A DNA stretch of 64,000 nucleotides from Alphaproteobacteria bacterium (GCA_017465405.1 JAFTWG010000012.1:3692-67691); one strand, 5' to 3'; numbered from the stretch's first letter, positions 29,946 through 40,731 are shown. The notes: generated by a model from the letters alone, not told the origin. Program-made: numbers and translations.

Positions 29946-29947
29946 CT

Positions 29948-30652
29948 TTATTTCTTTGCCATAATTACAAAATTGTAATATGCAGCGACAATTACACTAA
30001 ATGCCTTTATCAAAGAAAGGACACCGAGAATAATGGCCAAAGGAACAAACCATTTCGGCATTAAACACAACAAAATTAAAACCACCAAAGTTTCCGAACC
30101 TTGAGCAATTCCTCCCAAATAAAACGGCGAATTGTCCAAATTGAGCTCTTGTTTAGAATTAATTTTATACGCTACGACCGAATATGCCAACATTGCACAA
30201 GCCGCTGCCGAAAAACCAAACATCAAAAAGCTTGCAGCTCCTGCATTTTCTGCATTTCCCAACGCAAAACCCCAGATAATTGCACCATAAAAAATATAAT
30301 CAAGTGTCGCGTCTAAAAATACACCGAAAGTCGTAACTTTTGTAGCTCTGGCAATTGCACCATCCAAACCGTCACAAAAACGATTGAGCAAAATTGCAAC
30401 CAATGCCCATCCGTACATTTCCATTGCTAAAAAATTAACCGCAAACAAACCTATACCGAAACCAACCCAACTTACGGCATTGGCCTTTATTCCTATTTTT
30501 CCCAATTTAGTACCGGCGGCATTAAAAAAATTATATGCCTTGCCATAAATCTTCTGACATACGGAAACAACTCCGGAAGTTGCATTTTTCATTTTTTCAA
30601 AAACTTGCTTTTCTTCCGCTTTTTTCTTTAAATTTTGTAGATATTCTTTCAT
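29948..30652 (-). CDS. CDP-alcohol phosphatidyltransferase family membrane enzyme
   Basis: DGLDGAIARATKVTTFGVFLDATLD matches D-G-x2-A-R-x8-G-x3-D-x3-D. Multiple TMs. Confidence 0.8.
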   Translation of the reverse strand: MKEYLQNLKKKAEEKQVFEKMKNATSGVVSVCQKIYGKAYNFFNAAGTKLGKIGIKANAVSWVGFGIGLFAVNFLAMEMYGWALVAILLNRFCDGLDGAIARATKVTTFGVFLDATLDYIFYGAIIWGFALGNAENAGAASFLMFGFSAAACAMLAYSVVAYKINSKQELNLDNSPFYLGGIAQGSETLVVLILLCLMPKWFVPLAIILGVLSLIKAFSVIVAAYYNFVIMAKK

Positions 30653-30736
30653 AATGGGTTGCCTTTCAAAAAATGGATTTTATTATAATATAAACATTAA
30701 ATATAAAATAATTACTAATTTTATGGTTTTTAAGTT

Positions 30737-31756
30737 ATGCGTATATTAAAATTTTTTGCACTTTTCATATTTTTAACCGCCGTTGTTTGGTTTTTTATCG
30801 GACCGAAAAAGACCTATCACATAGTAACCGGCAAAATTTTCGGTACATATTACACCGTAAAAATTCGCAATTCTGACGAAAATAAATTACTTCAAAAAAG
30901 TATAAATGACGAATTGTCAAAAATAAATGCGAGAATGTCTGTTTTTGACTTAACTTCCGAAATATCCGAAATCAATAAAGCCGAAGCCAATCAATGGATT
31001 GAGCTATCGGAAGATATGCAATTTTTGCTCAAAAACTCTTATAAAATATATCAAATGAGTAATGGAGCATTTGACCCTACCACAGGAAAACTGATTGATT
31101 TATGGGGCTTTGGTACTACCGGAAAAATCAAAAAGATACCGAATGAAGAAGATATTGCCAATATGTTGAAGACAACCGGATTTGATAAAATTCAGTTTAA
31201 TAAAGATTATAGCCAACTGAAAAAACAAGATAAAGATATTATGATAAACCTTTCGGCTATAGCCAAGGGATATGGTGTTGACAGATTGGCTAAACTTCTA
31301 AAATCGTTGGGATATACCGATTTCATAATTGAAGTCGGCGGTGAAGTTGTCGCTTCCGGCAATAAATCAAAAGAAATAAAAGGATGGAACGTCGGAGTTG
31401 TAAAACCCAGTGAAACTACAAACGAAAATGCTTTTATCGTTACCTTAAAAGATTATGCCGTAGCAACTTCGGGAGATTATCGCAATTTCTTTTATATCGG
31501 TGAAGAAAAATATTCTCACACCATAGACCCTAAAACCGGATATCCGGCAAAAAATAATCTGTTATCGGTTACGGTATTCCATGAAAGCTGTATGATTGCA
31601 GACGGTTTGGCAACTGCAATAATGTCTATGGGAGAAGAAAAAGGACTGAATTTTGCAAATAACAATAAACTGGCAGTTATTATGTTTGTAAAAACAGAAG
31701 ACAACCAAATCAAAAATATTGTTTCTCAAAAAGCACAAAAGTTAATAGGACAATGA
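30737..31756 (+). CDS. apbE: FAD:protein FMN transferase ApbE
   Basis: 339 aa with an N-terminal TM/signal. ApbE-family length and composition. Located immediately upstream of rnf, whose G and D subunits it flavinylates. Confidence 0.7.
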   Translation: MRILKFFALFIFLTAVVWFFIGPKKTYHIVTGKIFGTYYTVKIRNSDENKLLQKSINDELSKINARMSVFDLTSEISEINKAEANQWIELSEDMQFLLKNSYKIYQMSNGAFDPTTGKLIDLWGFGTTGKIKKIPNEEDIANMLKTTGFDKIQFNKDYSQLKKQDKDIMINLSAIAKGYGVDRLAKLLKSLGYTDFIIEVGGEVVASGNKSKEIKGWNVGVVKPSETTNENAFIVTLKDYAVATSGDYRNFFYIGEEKYSHTIDPKTGYPAKNNLLSVTVFHESCMIADGLATAIMSMGEEKGLNFANNNKLAVIMFVKTEDNQIKNIVSQKAQKLIGQ

Positions 31757-32157
31757 CAGAAATAGCACACAGCGGAATTATAACCGCAATAAAACAAAAC
31801 ATTATAACCGTAGAAATAGCTCAAAAAGAAGCTTGTGGCAGTTGTGCATTGAAAGATGCCTGCTCGCAAACAACCAAACAGCACAAAATAGAGGTAGAAG
31901 CTGAAACTCCCGAAAATTATAAAACAGGGCAAAAAGTGGAAGTTATAATCAGTAGCAAGCAGGCTTTTTATGCCGCCTTATATGGTTACATTATCCCATT
32001 GTTTTTAGTGGTTTTTAGTTTATTTTTGAGTTTTATATATACAAAGAATGAGACCATTTCGGCATTATGCGGATTGTCAATATTGTTCCCATATTATATT
32101 TTGTTGTGGATTTTTCGTAATAATTTGAAAAAAAGTTTGATTATTAAGATAAGATAA
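31753..32157 (+). CDS. rseC: RseC/MucC-family protein (SoxR-reducing system component)
   Basis: N-terminal GSCALKDACSQ Cys motif and two C-terminal TMs. Sits directly before rnfB. Confidence 0.7.
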   Translation: MTEIAHSGIITAIKQNIITVEIAQKEACGSCALKDACSQTTKQHKIEVEAETPENYKTGQKVEVIISSKQAFYAALYGYIIPLFLVVFSLFLSFIYTKNETISALCGLSILFPYYILLWIFRNNLKKSLIIKIR

Positions 32158-32229
32158 ATACAAAAAATAGCTTTCAATAAAAAAAAATGATGCTATTTTA
32201 TCGCCAAGTTTAACAATAGAAATACGGAT

Positions 32230-33066
32230 ATGACAGAGATAATATTATTTAACATCGCCATTTTATCGGTTATTGCCGTCATTGCTGCGATTGTATTGTA
32301 TTTTACCGCCAAAAAATTTAGAGTAGAACCTAATGTATTAGCAGAAGAAATTGCCGAAATTTTACCGCAAGCAAACTGTGGAGCCTGCGGTAGCGCCGGT
32401 TGTCAAGATTTCGCCAATCGTTGTGCAACCTCCACCGCTGAAGAATTTCGTTCATTATATTGTCCGGTCGGCGGGCGTAATGTAATGACAAAAATTGCTC
32501 AAAAATTAGGTTATGCTGCCGAAGACCACGAGCCTACGGTGGCCGTTTTGCGTTGTAACGGCAGTTGTGAAAATGCTCCCGACAAGGTAGAATATGTAGG
32601 GTTAAAAAATTGTCGTTTGGCATCAAGAGTCTTTGTCGGCAAGACCGGTTGCCCTAACGGTTGTCTTCGTCTGGGAGATTGTGTTCGTAATTGTCCTTTC
32701 GGTGCTATTGAAATGAATCCCAAAACAGGCTTACCCGAAGTGAATCCCGATAAATGTACATCTTGCGGAGCATGTGTTCGTATCTGTCCGAGAGGATTGT
32801 ATGAAATCAGACCTGTGGGTCCGAAAGGCGTTCGTGTATATGTTGCATGTAACAACAAACAAAAAGGCGCAACCGCACGTAAAAACTGTAAAGCAGCATG
32901 TATCGGTTGCATGAAATGTACAAAAGTTTGCGCAGATGTAAAAGTTGAAAACAATTTATCATATATTCCTACATCTGTCTCAGCCGAACAATATGGTGCA
33001 GAACTTGCTTCTGCTTGTCCGACAGGTGCTATTGTTTATACAGGAGAAAAGAATGAGCAAAATTAA
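32230..33066 (+). CDS. rnfB: Rnf complex subunit B (polyferredoxin)
   Basis: N-terminal TM followed by multiple CxxCxxCxxxCP 4Fe-4S motifs. Confidence 0.85.
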   Translation: MTEIILFNIAILSVIAVIAAIVLYFTAKKFRVEPNVLAEEIAEILPQANCGACGSAGCQDFANRCATSTAEEFRSLYCPVGGRNVMTKIAQKLGYAAEDHEPTVAVLRCNGSCENAPDKVEYVGLKNCRLASRVFVGKTGCPNGCLRLGDCVRNCPFGAIEMNPKTGLPEVNPDKCTSCGACVRICPRGLYEIRPVGPKGVRVYVACNNKQKGATARKNCKAACIGCMKCTKVCADVKVENNLSYIPTSVSAEQYGAELASACPTGAIVYTGEKNEQN

Positions 33067-34372
33067 AACCTTCACAACAGGAGGTATCCATCCTGATAAA
33101 TTTAAATTGTCCTCAGATGTTGCCATTGAAGATGCAGGAATCCCTGAAGTTGTTACCATTCCGGTAAGACAACACATTGGTGCTCCGGCAAAAATTTTAG
33201 TAAAAAAAGGTGATAAAGTTAAGGTAGGAACACTTATTGCCGATGCCGACGGTATTGTTTCTGCCGATGTTCACTCTTCCGTTTCCGGTGAAGTAATAAA
33301 GGTAGAAGAAAACGAAACCGGCGGCGGATATCTTGAAAAAATGATAACGATTCGAGTAGAAGGCGACGAATGGGAAGAAAGTATTGATAAAACTCCCGAT
33401 ATTGTCAGCGAAATTACCTCTTCTGCCGAAGAAATAGTACAAATTATCCGTGGTGCAGGTATTGTCGGCATGGGCGGAGCAGGATTCCCTACCCCGATAA
33501 AAGTAACTGTTCCCGAAGGCAAAAAAGTTGATTGCCTTATCTTAAACGGAATTGAATGTGAACCGTATTTAACCGCCGATGACCGCCTGATGCAAGAATG
33601 TGCTGAACAAATCGTTATCGGTGCTAAAGTAATAAATAAAGCTCTAGGCATTCAAAATGCAATTATCGCCGTAGACGAAAACAAACCGGAAGCGATAAAA
33701 GCTCTGCAGCAAGTAACTCGTCGCTATGTGGGAGTTAATGTTCAAGTATGTGCCACAAAATATCCGCAAGGAGCAGAGAAACAACTTATTGCCGCAGTTA
33801 CCGGTCGAGAAGTTCCTCCGGGATGTTTACCGATAGATGTTCATTGCGTGGTACAAAATGTTGGAACGGCATTTGCTATTTATGAAGCTGTTCAAAAGCA
33901 TAAACCTTTATTTGAACGTATTGTAACAGTTAGTGGCGATGACGTTAAAAAAGCCGGAAATTTCCGTGTTCGTATCGGAACTCCGTCATCTTATTTAATT
34001 GAAAAAGCAGGAAAGAAAAGTGAAATCGGAAAAATCATATTCGGCGGTCCGATGATGGGTATTGCCGGAGTCAATTTAGATGCTCCGATTACCAAAATAA
34101 GTTCGGGAATTTTGATATTAAAAGATGAAAGTGCATACAAACCGGAAGTTAACCCCTGTATCCGCTGTGCAACTTGTGTTGATGTATGTCCGCAAGGTCT
34201 TGAGCCATATCTCATACATAGTTTAATTCGCAACGGAGAATATCAGGAAGCTAAAAAAATTCACGTACTTGATTGTATTGAATGCGGTTGTTGTGCATAT
34301 TCTTGTCCGGCTCGCATTCCGTTGCTTGACTATTGTAAATTGGCTAAATATGAAATAAGAAAAAACAAATAG
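33053..34372 (+). CDS. rnfC: Rnf complex subunit C. Start set at MSKIKTFTTGG (track ORF starts earlier at 32945 inside rnfB)
   Basis: RnfC N-terminal and NADH-binding-like domain plus C-terminal 2x[4Fe-4S] motifs (CIRCATCVDVCP, CIECGCCAYSCP). Confidence 0.85.
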   Translation: MSKIKTFTTGGIHPDKFKLSSDVAIEDAGIPEVVTIPVRQHIGAPAKILVKKGDKVKVGTLIADADGIVSADVHSSVSGEVIKVEENETGGGYLEKMITIRVEGDEWEESIDKTPDIVSEITSSAEEIVQIIRGAGIVGMGGAGFPTPIKVTVPEGKKVDCLILNGIECEPYLTADDRLMQECAEQIVIGAKVINKALGIQNAIIAVDENKPEAIKALQQVTRRYVGVNVQVCATKYPQGAEKQLIAAVTGREVPPGCLPIDVHCVVQNVGTAFAIYEAVQKHKPLFERIVTVSGDDVKKAGNFRVRIGTPSSYLIEKAGKKSEIGKIIFGGPMMGIAGVNLDAPITKISSGILILKDESAYKPEVNPCIRCATCVDVCPQGLEPYLIHSLIRNGEYQEAKKIHVLDCIECGCCAYSCPARIPLLDYCKLAKYEIRKNK

Positions 34373-34383
34373 GACTATAAACT

Positions 34384-35367
34384 ATGCTAAAAGTTTCGAC
34401 TGCCCCTCACATGTATTCTCCGACAAACACCATGTCAATAATGCGTGATGTTATTATCTCATTAGTGCCTGCAGGACTGGTTGCAATTGCTTTGTTCGGA
34501 TTGAATGCTTTGATAACCATTGTTACCGCCGTTGCCGGTTGTGTGGTAATGGAATATATTGCCTGTAAATATATTTTGAAAGTAAAACCTTCAACAAAAG
34601 ATTTATCTGCGATTGTTACCGGTTTGTTATTGGCGTATAATTTACCTTGCAATATGCCTGTATGGATGACGCTCATCGGTTGTTTTGTTGCAATAATAAT
34701 TGCTAAAGTTGCCTTTGGCGGAATAGGTAAAAATCTATTTAATCCTGCATTAATCGGACGTGTATTTTTGTTCATATCATTTCCGATTCAAATGACAACT
34801 TGGGTAAAACCTAAACTTTTCGATTTTATGAATGCAGATGTTTCTACTTCGGCAACAACTTTAGGAATTTTGAAGCACGCAGATGCGGGAACTTCCGCAA
34901 CATCTTTAACATCTAATATTCCTAATTATTTAGAAATGTTTTTAGGTTATACCGGTGGTTCAATGGGAGAAGTATCTGCCGTAGCTTTGCTTTTAGGTTT
35001 GGTTTATTTATTATATCGCAGAGTAATATCTTGGCATATTCCGTTCTATTATGTCGCAACATTTTTTGTTTTAACCGCCGGTTTTGCCTATTATACCGGA
35101 GATGCTTCTCTTGATCCGCTTACCCATTTGTTGTCCGGCGGTTTATTCTTAGGGGCATTTTTTATGGCTACCGATTATACAACTTCTCCGATGAGTAAAA
35201 AAGGTAAAATTATTTTTGCCATCGGTTGCGGTGTTTTAACTTTTGTTATTCGTCGTTACAGTGCCTATCCGGAAGGTGTTTCTTTTGCAATTTTGATTAT
35301 GAACGCATTTGTTCCGCTTATTGATAAGCTTGCTAAACCTCGTATTTTCGGCACAGGGAGAAAATAG
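34384..35367 (+). CDS. rnfD: Rnf complex subunit D (NqrB-like membrane subunit)
   Basis: Polytopic membrane protein of 327 aa. Contains the S/T FMN-attachment region TGGSMGEVS. Confidence 0.85.
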   Translation: MLKVSTAPHMYSPTNTMSIMRDVIISLVPAGLVAIALFGLNALITIVTAVAGCVVMEYIACKYILKVKPSTKDLSAIVTGLLLAYNLPCNMPVWMTLIGCFVAIIIAKVAFGGIGKNLFNPALIGRVFLFISFPIQMTTWVKPKLFDFMNADVSTSATTLGILKHADAGTSATSLTSNIPNYLEMFLGYTGGSMGEVSAVALLLGLVYLLYRRVISWHIPFYYVATFFVLTAGFAYYTGDASLDPLTHLLSGGLFLGAFFMATDYTTSPMSKKGKIIFAIGCGVLTFVIRRYSAYPEGVSFAILIMNAFVPLIDKLAKPRIFGTGRK

Positions 35368-35949
35368 ATGAAACCTGTAAAATCAAGTCTTTTTAATATG
35401 ATTATGGCGATGACTGTCGTCTCAGTATGTTCGGCTGCATCAATCGGTTATGTATATCAAAAAACCAAAGAACCGATAGAAGCATCTAAAACAATGAAAA
35501 TTTCTAAAGCCATCGAAGAAATGGTCGGCAATTTTGATAACAAGCCTTTTGATGAAAGAACCGCTCTTTCGGGAGGAGACTTAGAACTTTATCCGGCCAG
35601 AGAAAACGGAACAATTACTTCTGTTGCCATAAAATCTTACAGTAACAACGGCTTTGGCGGAAAAATAGAATTGATTATCGGTATCTTAATGGACGGAACG
35701 GTAACCGGATATAAAATCATCCAACAAAACGAAACACCGGGATTAGGAACTAAAATTACCGAAAATAAATTCAGCGAACAGTTTGTCGGTCTCAATGCTC
35801 ATGATGACAATTTTGAACTGAGTAAAAATGGTGGCGAAATTGATGCTCTTACCGGAGCAACAATAAGTTCAAACGCAGTTGTAGAAGCTGTAAAAAAGGC
35901 CGTAACAGCATATAAAAAATTTGCAGGAGGAGCCGGAAATGACCAGTAA
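35368..35949 (+). CDS. rnfG: Rnf complex subunit G
   Basis: N-terminal TM plus an FMN-binding domain. The flavinylated Thr lies in the motif TGATISS. Confidence 0.85.
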   Translation: MKPVKSSLFNMIMAMTVVSVCSAASIGYVYQKTKEPIEASKTMKISKAIEEMVGNFDNKPFDERTALSGGDLELYPARENGTITSVAIKSYSNNGFGGKIELIIGILMDGTVTGYKIIQQNETPGLGTKITENKFSEQFVGLNAHDDNFELSKNGGEIDALTGATISSNAVVEAVKKAVTAYKKFAGGAGNDQ

Positions 35950-36538
35950 AAGCATGCAAAATTTAACTCGAGGTATTTTTAAGGAAAACCCCGTATTTGT
36001 TATGATGCTCGGAATGTGTCCGACATTGGGGGTTACAACCTCAATGGCAAACGGTATCGGAATGGGACTGGCTACATTATTTGTTTTAGCTTTATCAAAC
36101 ATGGCTATCTCTCTGGTTAAAAACTTAATTCCGGCCATGGTTCGTATTCCTTGCTATATCGTTATTATAGCCTCTTTTGTAACTATCATCAATTTGCTGA
36201 TGGAAGCTTATTTGCCGGCATTACATGCTCAACTCGGAATTTATATTCCGTTGATTGTGGTTAACTGTATCATTCTGGGTCGTGCAGAAGCCTTTGCTTC
36301 CAAAAACAATATATGGCAATCATTTTTAGACGGTTTAGGCATGGGTATCGGATTTACCATTGCTTTAGCCTTGTTAGGCGGTATTAGAGAAATTTTGGGT
36401 GCCGGTTCTATTCTCGGGTGGAATTTTGTTGGCGAAGACGGCTACCCTATCCTGCTGTTCATTATGCCTCCGGGAGCATTTTTAGCCTTAGCCGGTTTGA
36501 TTATGGTATTTAACAAAATTAGTGGAGCAAACAAATGA
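35939..36538 (+). CDS. rnfE: Rnf complex subunit E (start at MTSKSMQNL)
   Basis: NqrD/RnfE-type membrane protein. Confidence 0.8.
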   Translation: MTSKSMQNLTRGIFKENPVFVMMLGMCPTLGVTTSMANGIGMGLATLFVLALSNMAISLVKNLIPAMVRIPCYIVIIASFVTIINLLMEAYLPALHAQLGIYIPLIVVNCIILGRAEAFASKNNIWQSFLDGLGMGIGFTIALALLGGIREILGAGSILGWNFVGEDGYPILLFIMPPGAFLALAGLIMVFNKISGANK

Positions 36539-37116
36539 GTTTAACTATGATTTTTATCTCTGCCATTTTGGTAAACAATATTGTTCTTTCGCAATTTTTA
36601 GGAATTTGCCCGTTTTTGGGAGTTTCCAAAAAAATATCTACCGCAGCCGGAATGGGTTTGGCCGTTATGTTTGTTATGACCATCGCCAGTATTGCCACAT
36701 ATTTGGTATATTATAAGCTTTTGGTTCCCAACGGATTAGAATTTATGAATACGGTTGTGTTCATTTTGGTAATTGCTTCACTGGTTCAAATGGTTGAAAT
36801 CATCATAAAGAAAACATCTCCTGCGCTCTATCAGGCATTAGGTATTTTCTTGCCGCTCATCACAACCAACTGCGCCGTTTTAGGTATTGCCATATTATCA
36901 ATTCAAAAAGAATACAGCCTGATATATTCGGTATGTTTCAGTTTAGCAAATGCAATGGGCTTTACCTTAGCTATTATCCTATTTGCCGGACTCCGTGAAC
37001 GCTTAAACGCTTCTATGGCAAGTATGCCCAAAGCCGTAAGAGGTGTTCCTATCGTATTGATAACGGCAGCCCTGCTATCCTTAGCATTTATGGGTTTCTC
37101 CGGAATAGGAAGATAG
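36535..37116 (+). CDS. rnfA: Rnf complex subunit A
   Basis: NqrE/RnfA-type six-TM protein. Start overlaps the rnfE stop. Confidence 0.85.
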   Translation: MSLTMIFISAILVNNIVLSQFLGICPFLGVSKKISTAAGMGLAVMFVMTIASIATYLVYYKLLVPNGLEFMNTVVFILVIASLVQMVEIIIKKTSPALYQALGIFLPLITTNCAVLGIAILSIQKEYSLIYSVCFSLANAMGFTLAIILFAGLRERLNASMASMPKAVRGVPIVLITAALLSLAFMGFSGIGR

Positions 37117-37120
37117 AAAA

Positions 37121-37996
37121 TTAAATACATACATATAATAGAAATAAAACTAATAAAGCAGCCCAAAGCAATATTGACTGCTTTATTTTTTTGCGTAATT
37201 TATAAATCTTCTTCTCTATTTTCTCAAGCATTTTAATATGATTTATGTTTACACTAACCTTTACTTCTTTTTTAACAACAGGGGTATTAAATGCTTTATA
37301 GAAAAAATCGTTATGGTTCAGATATAAAGGTATGTGATTCATAAAAAGTTTTTTGTATAAAAGCGGTTTATTAGAGTCCGCCCTATCAGTTCTCGACTGA
37401 ACAAAATGTCTGCGATAATTAAATAAAATATCTTCAATTCGGTATACTCCGACACCTTTTTCTATTAGTGAAAGCCAAAAATCCCAATCCTCCCAACCTT
37501 CTTTCATATTTTCATTATAACCACCAACAGCAACAAAGTCCGACTTTCTAAACAAAGCACTACAAAAAATGCAATTGGAATATAAAAACTTATCTAATAA
37601 AAAAGGAGGTAAATTCCACTCTTTATTTTCTGCACCAAACATTCTGGCTTTACAATAAACTATTCCGATATCAGGTTTTTCATCTAAAACTTTAACCGCT
37701 TTTTCAATATATGTCGGTTCAATTACATCATCTGCATCAAGTGGTAAAATATATTCTCCGGTAGATTTTGCGATAGCCTTATTGCGAGCATATATCACAC
37801 CATGATTTTCTTTTTCATCAATAAAAACAACTTTTTTGCCAAAGCTTTTGATAATTTTTCGGCTGTTATCTTTTGAAGCATCATTAAAAACTACAATTTC
37901 AATATTTTTATATGTTTGATTGAAAACAGAATTAATTGCTTCAGCCACATATTCCCCTTGATTATAACAAGGTATTATTACAGACACTTTTCTCAT
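37121..37996 (-). CDS. GT2 family glycosyltransferase with C-terminal membrane anchor
   Basis: VSVIIPCYNQGEYVAEAINSVFNQTY...FNDASKDNS and DADD. Confidence 0.8.
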   Translation of the reverse strand: MRKVSVIIPCYNQGEYVAEAINSVFNQTYKNIEIVVFNDASKDNSRKIIKSFGKKVVFIDEKENHGVIYARNKAIAKSTGEYILPLDADDVIEPTYIEKAVKVLDEKPDIGIVYCKARMFGAENKEWNLPPFLLDKFLYSNCIFCSALFRKSDFVAVGGYNENMKEGWEDWDFWLSLIEKGVGVYRIEDILFNYRRHFVQSRTDRADSNKPLLYKKLFMNHIPLYLNHNDFFYKAFNTPVVKKEVKVSVNINHIKMLEKIEKKIYKLRKKIKQSILLWAALLVLFLLYVCI

Positions 37997-38055
37997 TTAT
38001 CCCTCCTGTCGTAATTATTATTACTATAATTACGCAAAAGATACAACCAAAATAC

Positions 38056-38092
38056 GAAAAAAACAGTCTCTCAAATGAGAGACTGTTTTTGT
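38056..38092. terminator. bidirectional terminator between the GT2 gene and the 265-aa gene
   Basis: AAAAAAACAGTCTCTC-aaat-GAGAGACTGTTTTTG. Confidence 0.8.
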
Positions 38093-38109
38093 ATCAACTA
38101 CATAATCAA

Positions 38110-38907
38110 CTAAAAAATATTTTTCAAAAAGCCTTTTGCTTCTTCTTTTAAGCTGTCTGCTTTATCGTTGAGAGCCTTAATACCGTCGTTTGCAACATCT
38201 TTCAAACCGCCTAAACCTTTTTCGACGACTGTTTGATAAGATGTGTTCAAAATCTTTTTCAAGATAACAACAACAGTTTCTGATAAACTCTTTCCGTTAT
38301 CGCCTTTTTCTTTTCCTATATCTTTGATTTCGATAGTCGGCAAAGGAATGGCCGCTCCAGCTCCTTTTCCGGCAATAGATGCCGCAATATTAACCTGTCC
38401 TTCGCTGACACTAACCAAGTCAACAATAACCTTTTTGCCTTCTCCGGACTTTTCTTCCTTTTTAACTTCTTCCTTCGGAGTTTCCGTTTTATCAGCAGAA
38501 GCAGTATTTTTATTAATATTTGCCAGCAAATCGGAAACATTATTATTGGTAACATTTTTCAATTCATACGTAACTTCAGGTTTAACAACGCTGACTTTTT
38601 CAACAACAATAACCGGCTCGGTCAAAGATTTTACATTAAGTTTTACAAAAATTTCCCCTAAACTGATAATATACGGTTTTGCATAACCCTTTGGATTTGC
38701 AACGGTCAAATCGCTCAACTTAACTTCACCTTTGAGCGGTGCAAAATAAAATCCGCCTAATTTAACTTCGGTACCGGTAACTTGACTGCCATATTTATTA
38801 ACCGCAGATTTTACAATATTTTCTAAATTATGTGAAACATAATAAACTCCGCCGGCTATCGCTCCGATTACAGCCGCAAGAACTATATATCTTTTTTTCA
38901 ATTTCAT
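38110..38907 (-). CDS. membrane-anchored protein, 265 aa, Lys/Glu-rich (AsmA/DUF748-like assignment tentative)
   Basis: N-terminal TM YIVLAAVIGAIAGGVYYV, then a beta-rich region and a KE-rich low-complexity tract. Confidence 0.4.
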   Translation of the reverse strand: MKLKKRYIVLAAVIGAIAGGVYYVSHNLENIVKSAVNKYGSQVTGTEVKLGGFYFAPLKGEVKLSDLTVANPKGYAKPYIISLGEIFVKLNVKSLTEPVIVVEKVSVVKPEVTYELKNVTNNNVSDLLANINKNTASADKTETPKEEVKKEEKSGEGKKVIVDLVSVSEGQVNIAASIAGKGAGAAIPLPTIEIKDIGKEKGDNGKSLSETVVVILKKILNTSYQTVVEKGLGGLKDVANDGIKALNDKADSLKEEAKGFLKNIF

Positions 38908-39033
38908 TATTTTATCTTTCTTATAAAATTAAACCTGATTATAGTTATATGCAAAATCATATTTTTTTCAATATTTTTATTATGTTGGATTTATTTTTAT
39001 TTGTGATATAATACCGATGCGGAGGGTAAGAAA

Positions 39034-39498
39034 ATGGATTTTTATTATAGCAAAAAAGAATTGAGAAAAATTTTTACAATCAGTTTAGTGGTTTTTATCA
39101 TTTCACTGACAATAACATTAACCGCATGCAACAGTGTAACAATGTCACTGATTTTAATGTTATTCCCTACCCTGTTTATGATAGCAACAAGTTTCGTTTT
39201 ATTTGTTCCGCAAAGGCTTGCTCACATTGACGAAAGAGGGATACAAATTGACCACGCGGTACCATTGTTATGGATAGATGTGGTACAAGCCCGCAAAATT
39301 AAAGCAAAAGTTATGTGTGGCGGACGAGAAGCTATTATTTTTGACCTAAAACCACGTGTTGTTTATCCGCTTACTTTTATGCAAAATCTATGTAAAAATT
39401 GCGAATTTACCCCATTTTCTATCCCGCTTTATGCAATGGAAGAAAAAGATAAAACGGCAATTTGCGAAGAAATTGCAAAATATTGTAAAATCGATTAG
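39034..39498 (+). CDS. hypothetical membrane protein, 154 aa
   Basis: Two predicted TMs. RBS GGAGGG. Confidence 0.5.
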   Translation: MDFYYSKKELRKIFTISLVVFIISLTITLTACNSVTMSLILMLFPTLFMIATSFVLFVPQRLAHIDERGIQIDHAVPLLWIDVVQARKIKAKVMCGGREAIIFDLKPRVVYPLTFMQNLCKNCEFTPFSIPLYAMEEKDKTAICEEIAKYCKID

Positions 39499-40115
39499 TT
39501 GATAGAGTTTATCCAACTGATAATTTTGTTATCCACGGCTTTGTTGTATTTTTCCGGCAAATTATTAAACGATTCTGACGGACGAAGTTTAGCATTATAA
39601 GCCATTTTATTAAAATCAACAAAGAAACTGCCATAATTGCTGCCTTGAGTAGAAAAAGGCACTACTTTTTTGGTTTTGAAATCCGCTTTTTTCAAAAATG
39701 CCAACAATGGAGTTGCCGGAGCATACCACCAAACCGGACCACCGACAAAAACTGTATCATATTTCGAAAAATCAGGTAATGGCTCTACGATTTGAGGGTA
39801 TCTTCCCTTTTTGAGCTGTTTGCGTACATTTATATAAAACGTAGCATCAATCTTAAATTTTTCGGTGGTTTGAATTTCAAAAATATCAGCATTGGTATAA
39901 TCAGCAATTTTTTCGGCAATTTCTTTGGTGTGACCGGTAAGAGAATAATAAACCACCAAAGTTTTTCCGGTTTTAGGCTCGAGTTTAATATCCGTATTTT
40001 CAAATTTTGCCATTTCATAAGCATTTTTTTGCGCAACACGATAAAGATGAATACCGCTTCCCAACAAAACTAATAAAGCAACAATCACCACAACCAAAAC
40101 AATTGCCTTAATCAT
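39495..40115 (-). CDS. membrane-anchored flavodoxin-like protein
   Basis: N-terminal TM, then the flavodoxin signature LVVYYSLTGHTKEIAEKIA. Confidence 0.7.
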   Translation of the reverse strand: MIKAIVLVVVIVALLVLLGSGIHLYRVAQKNAYEMAKFENTDIKLEPKTGKTLVVYYSLTGHTKEIAEKIADYTNADIFEIQTTEKFKIDATFYINVRKQLKKGRYPQIVEPLPDFSKYDTVFVGGPVWWYAPATPLLAFLKKADFKTKKVVPFSTQGSNYGSFFVDFNKMAYNAKLRPSESFNNLPEKYNKAVDNKIISWINSIN

Positions 40116-40174
40116 ATCAAATTCTCCTCTTATTTTGTTTTGATAATATTATATATAAGAAAAAATTCAAACAA

Positions 40175-40203
40175 AAAAGCCCTGTTAAAAACAGGGCTTT
40201 TAT
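40175..40203. terminator. bidirectional terminator
   Basis: AAAAAA GCCCTGTT-aaaa-AACAGGGC TTTTATTT. Confidence 0.8.
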
Positions 40204-40731
40204 TTATTCTGCAGCTAAAACATTATATGTTTCCATATTAATATGCGGAATCTTATATGAATAGATACAACAATCATCCTTATCGCCATAATATCCTTTT
40301 AGGCAAGCCTCCTGCATAAAACCGCAAGATTCATAAAACCGACGTGTCGGTAAATATTGTTCCGTTCCGTCTGTTTTTACAAACAATTTTGTACCTCCTG
40401 ATTGCGAAATTTTATCAATCAGTTGCCGCATTAATAAACGTCCTACACCACAACCTCGATATTCGTTATGAGTTGATAACCAATATAACTCATAAGATGA
40501 CTCCGTTGTCGGAATTTTTCCGAAACAAGCATAAGCAATCGTTTTCCCTTCCATTTCGACCAAAAGGAAATCTACATCGCATTTTCTATTGTTTTGGTTG
40601 GTTTTTATCCAATCATGAGCTAATTGATAGTTTGTATCAATATCTTCTTTATCAAAAAATCCGGTCGATGCCGCAATGTTTTTAATGATTTGAGGATCGT
40701 TATCATTTAAACCTTCTCTGAAAGTAAGCAT
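40204..40731 (-). CDS. GNAT family N-acetyltransferase
   Basis: RGCGVGRLLMRQL acetyl-CoA motif. 175 aa. Confidence 0.8.
   Translation of the reverse strand: MLTFREGLNDNDPQIIKNIAASTGFFDKEDIDTNYQLAHDWIKTNQNNRKCDVDFLLVEMEGKTIAYACFGKIPTTESSYELYWLSTHNEYRGCGVGRLLMRQLIDKISQSGGTKLFVKTDGTEQYLPTRRFYESCGFMQEACLKGYYGDKDDCCIYSYKIPHINMETYNVLAAE

Noticed and set aside
32511-34233. Antisense ORFs 32511-32954, 32980-33177, 33197-33651, 33991-34233
   Set aside because: They are embedded opposite rnfB/rnfC, whose Fe-S motifs identify the true frame.
37155-37195. Hairpin + T-run resembling a terminator at 37155-37195
   Set aside because: It lies inside the C-terminal coding region of the minus-strand GT2 gene. 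It may mark a shorter true C-terminus but cannot be a clean intergenic terminator as annotated.
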